From Octopus bimaculoides (taxonomy: Eukaryota): a stretch of DNA of 64,000 bases. The position numbers and the translations under genes were made by a program. The stretch's first letter is position 1; every line of letters starts with the position of its first letter. The stretch lies in NCBI RefSeq assembly GCF_001194135.2, contig NC_068997.1, forward strand, positions 55,732,231 to 55,796,230, read 5' to 3'. A model generated the notes under the pieces. It made no database searches, was not told where the DNA came from, and saw nothing but the letters and a program-made list of their open reading frames with translations. Below, piece after piece: positions 63,257 through 64,000 of the stretch.

Positions 63257-63725
63257 TCCTTCAGGCATGAAAATGTGGTTAAAAGGTTTGCTTTGCAACC
63301 ATGTGGATTGGGGATCAGTCCTCTGAATGGCACATTTGCCCTCAAGCCAAACTTAAACATGCAGGTGGATTTAGTAGAAGGAAACTGAAAAAAAAAACCT
63401 GCCATTCAAAGATGGTGTCCCAGTAAAAGAATAAAAGACTGTGTGTGTATGGATGGGGTCTCATGTCTTCAGGTCTCAACATCATACACTGGCCATAAAT
63501 GAGCCCCACCATCATAAAAGTGGTAGCATTCACTTGTGGTCTTCTGTGAAATCATGCCTAACTATTACACTGTTCATATTTGAAGGACTTGGAAAAAATA
63601 GTTCCTTATTTGGAAGAAGCTGGGAGATGGCAGCAGCAAAGGTATCCAGTTAAAGACAATTTGCATCATCAAATCTCATCTGACCCATGCAAGCTGGGAA
63701 TAGAGGACATTAAAAAATAATAATG
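63257..63725 (+). mobile_element. SINE A head with an RTE-type tail (A2)
   Basis: GGCATGAAAATGTGGTTAAAAGGTTTGC...GTGGATTTAGTAGAAGGAAACTGAA...CTCATCTGACCCATGCAAGC...GGACATTAAA. Confidence 0.75.
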
Positions 63726-64000
63726 TTTATTCCAGTATTGTTACACTTAACTATACTAAACTAAATTTTATTGCACAGTTCATTGCATGTTTTATTAGCT
63801 TTTCTCATCTTCTTCTCCATGAACTCATCTATTTTATAATTAGAGAGCATCACACTAAGGCAGTAACTTGTCCTTTACTTACCGAGAAAATATAAAAGAA
63901 TTTAAATACCAGAAACACAGATTTAATGATACAAGCCTACATGCACTTATATATATGTATATACACACACATACATATGCAAACATATATGCACATACAC

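Overview
AT-rich, repeat-dense eukaryotic DNA with six N-gaps. The SINE, RTE, R4 and mariner landscape resembles an Octopus (coleoid cephalopod) genome; this is from recalled repeat families, not a database search. I cannot confidently identify any protein-coding gene, rRNA, true tRNA gene or CRISPR array. Almost all ORFs in the track are microsatellite, gap or transposon read-throughs. The window holds microsatellites, several tRNA-headed SINE families (my working labels A, B, C, D, E, H), decayed RTE and R4/Dong-clade LINE fragments, four mariner remnants and a hAT-type MITE. The best lead is a 233-bp tRNA-headed SINE (25691-25923, minus) with a 13-bp target-site duplication. It carries a minimal type I hammerhead-ribozyme fold and is inserted in an RTE LINE. 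Other leads are two long fold-back hairpins (46100-46208, 58223-58333), SINEs that appear to seed microsatellites, (TAA)n tracts acting as insertion sites, a CpG-retaining promoter-like patch with nearby RFX-like and CTCF-like motifs, and an unidentified 141-codon ORF.
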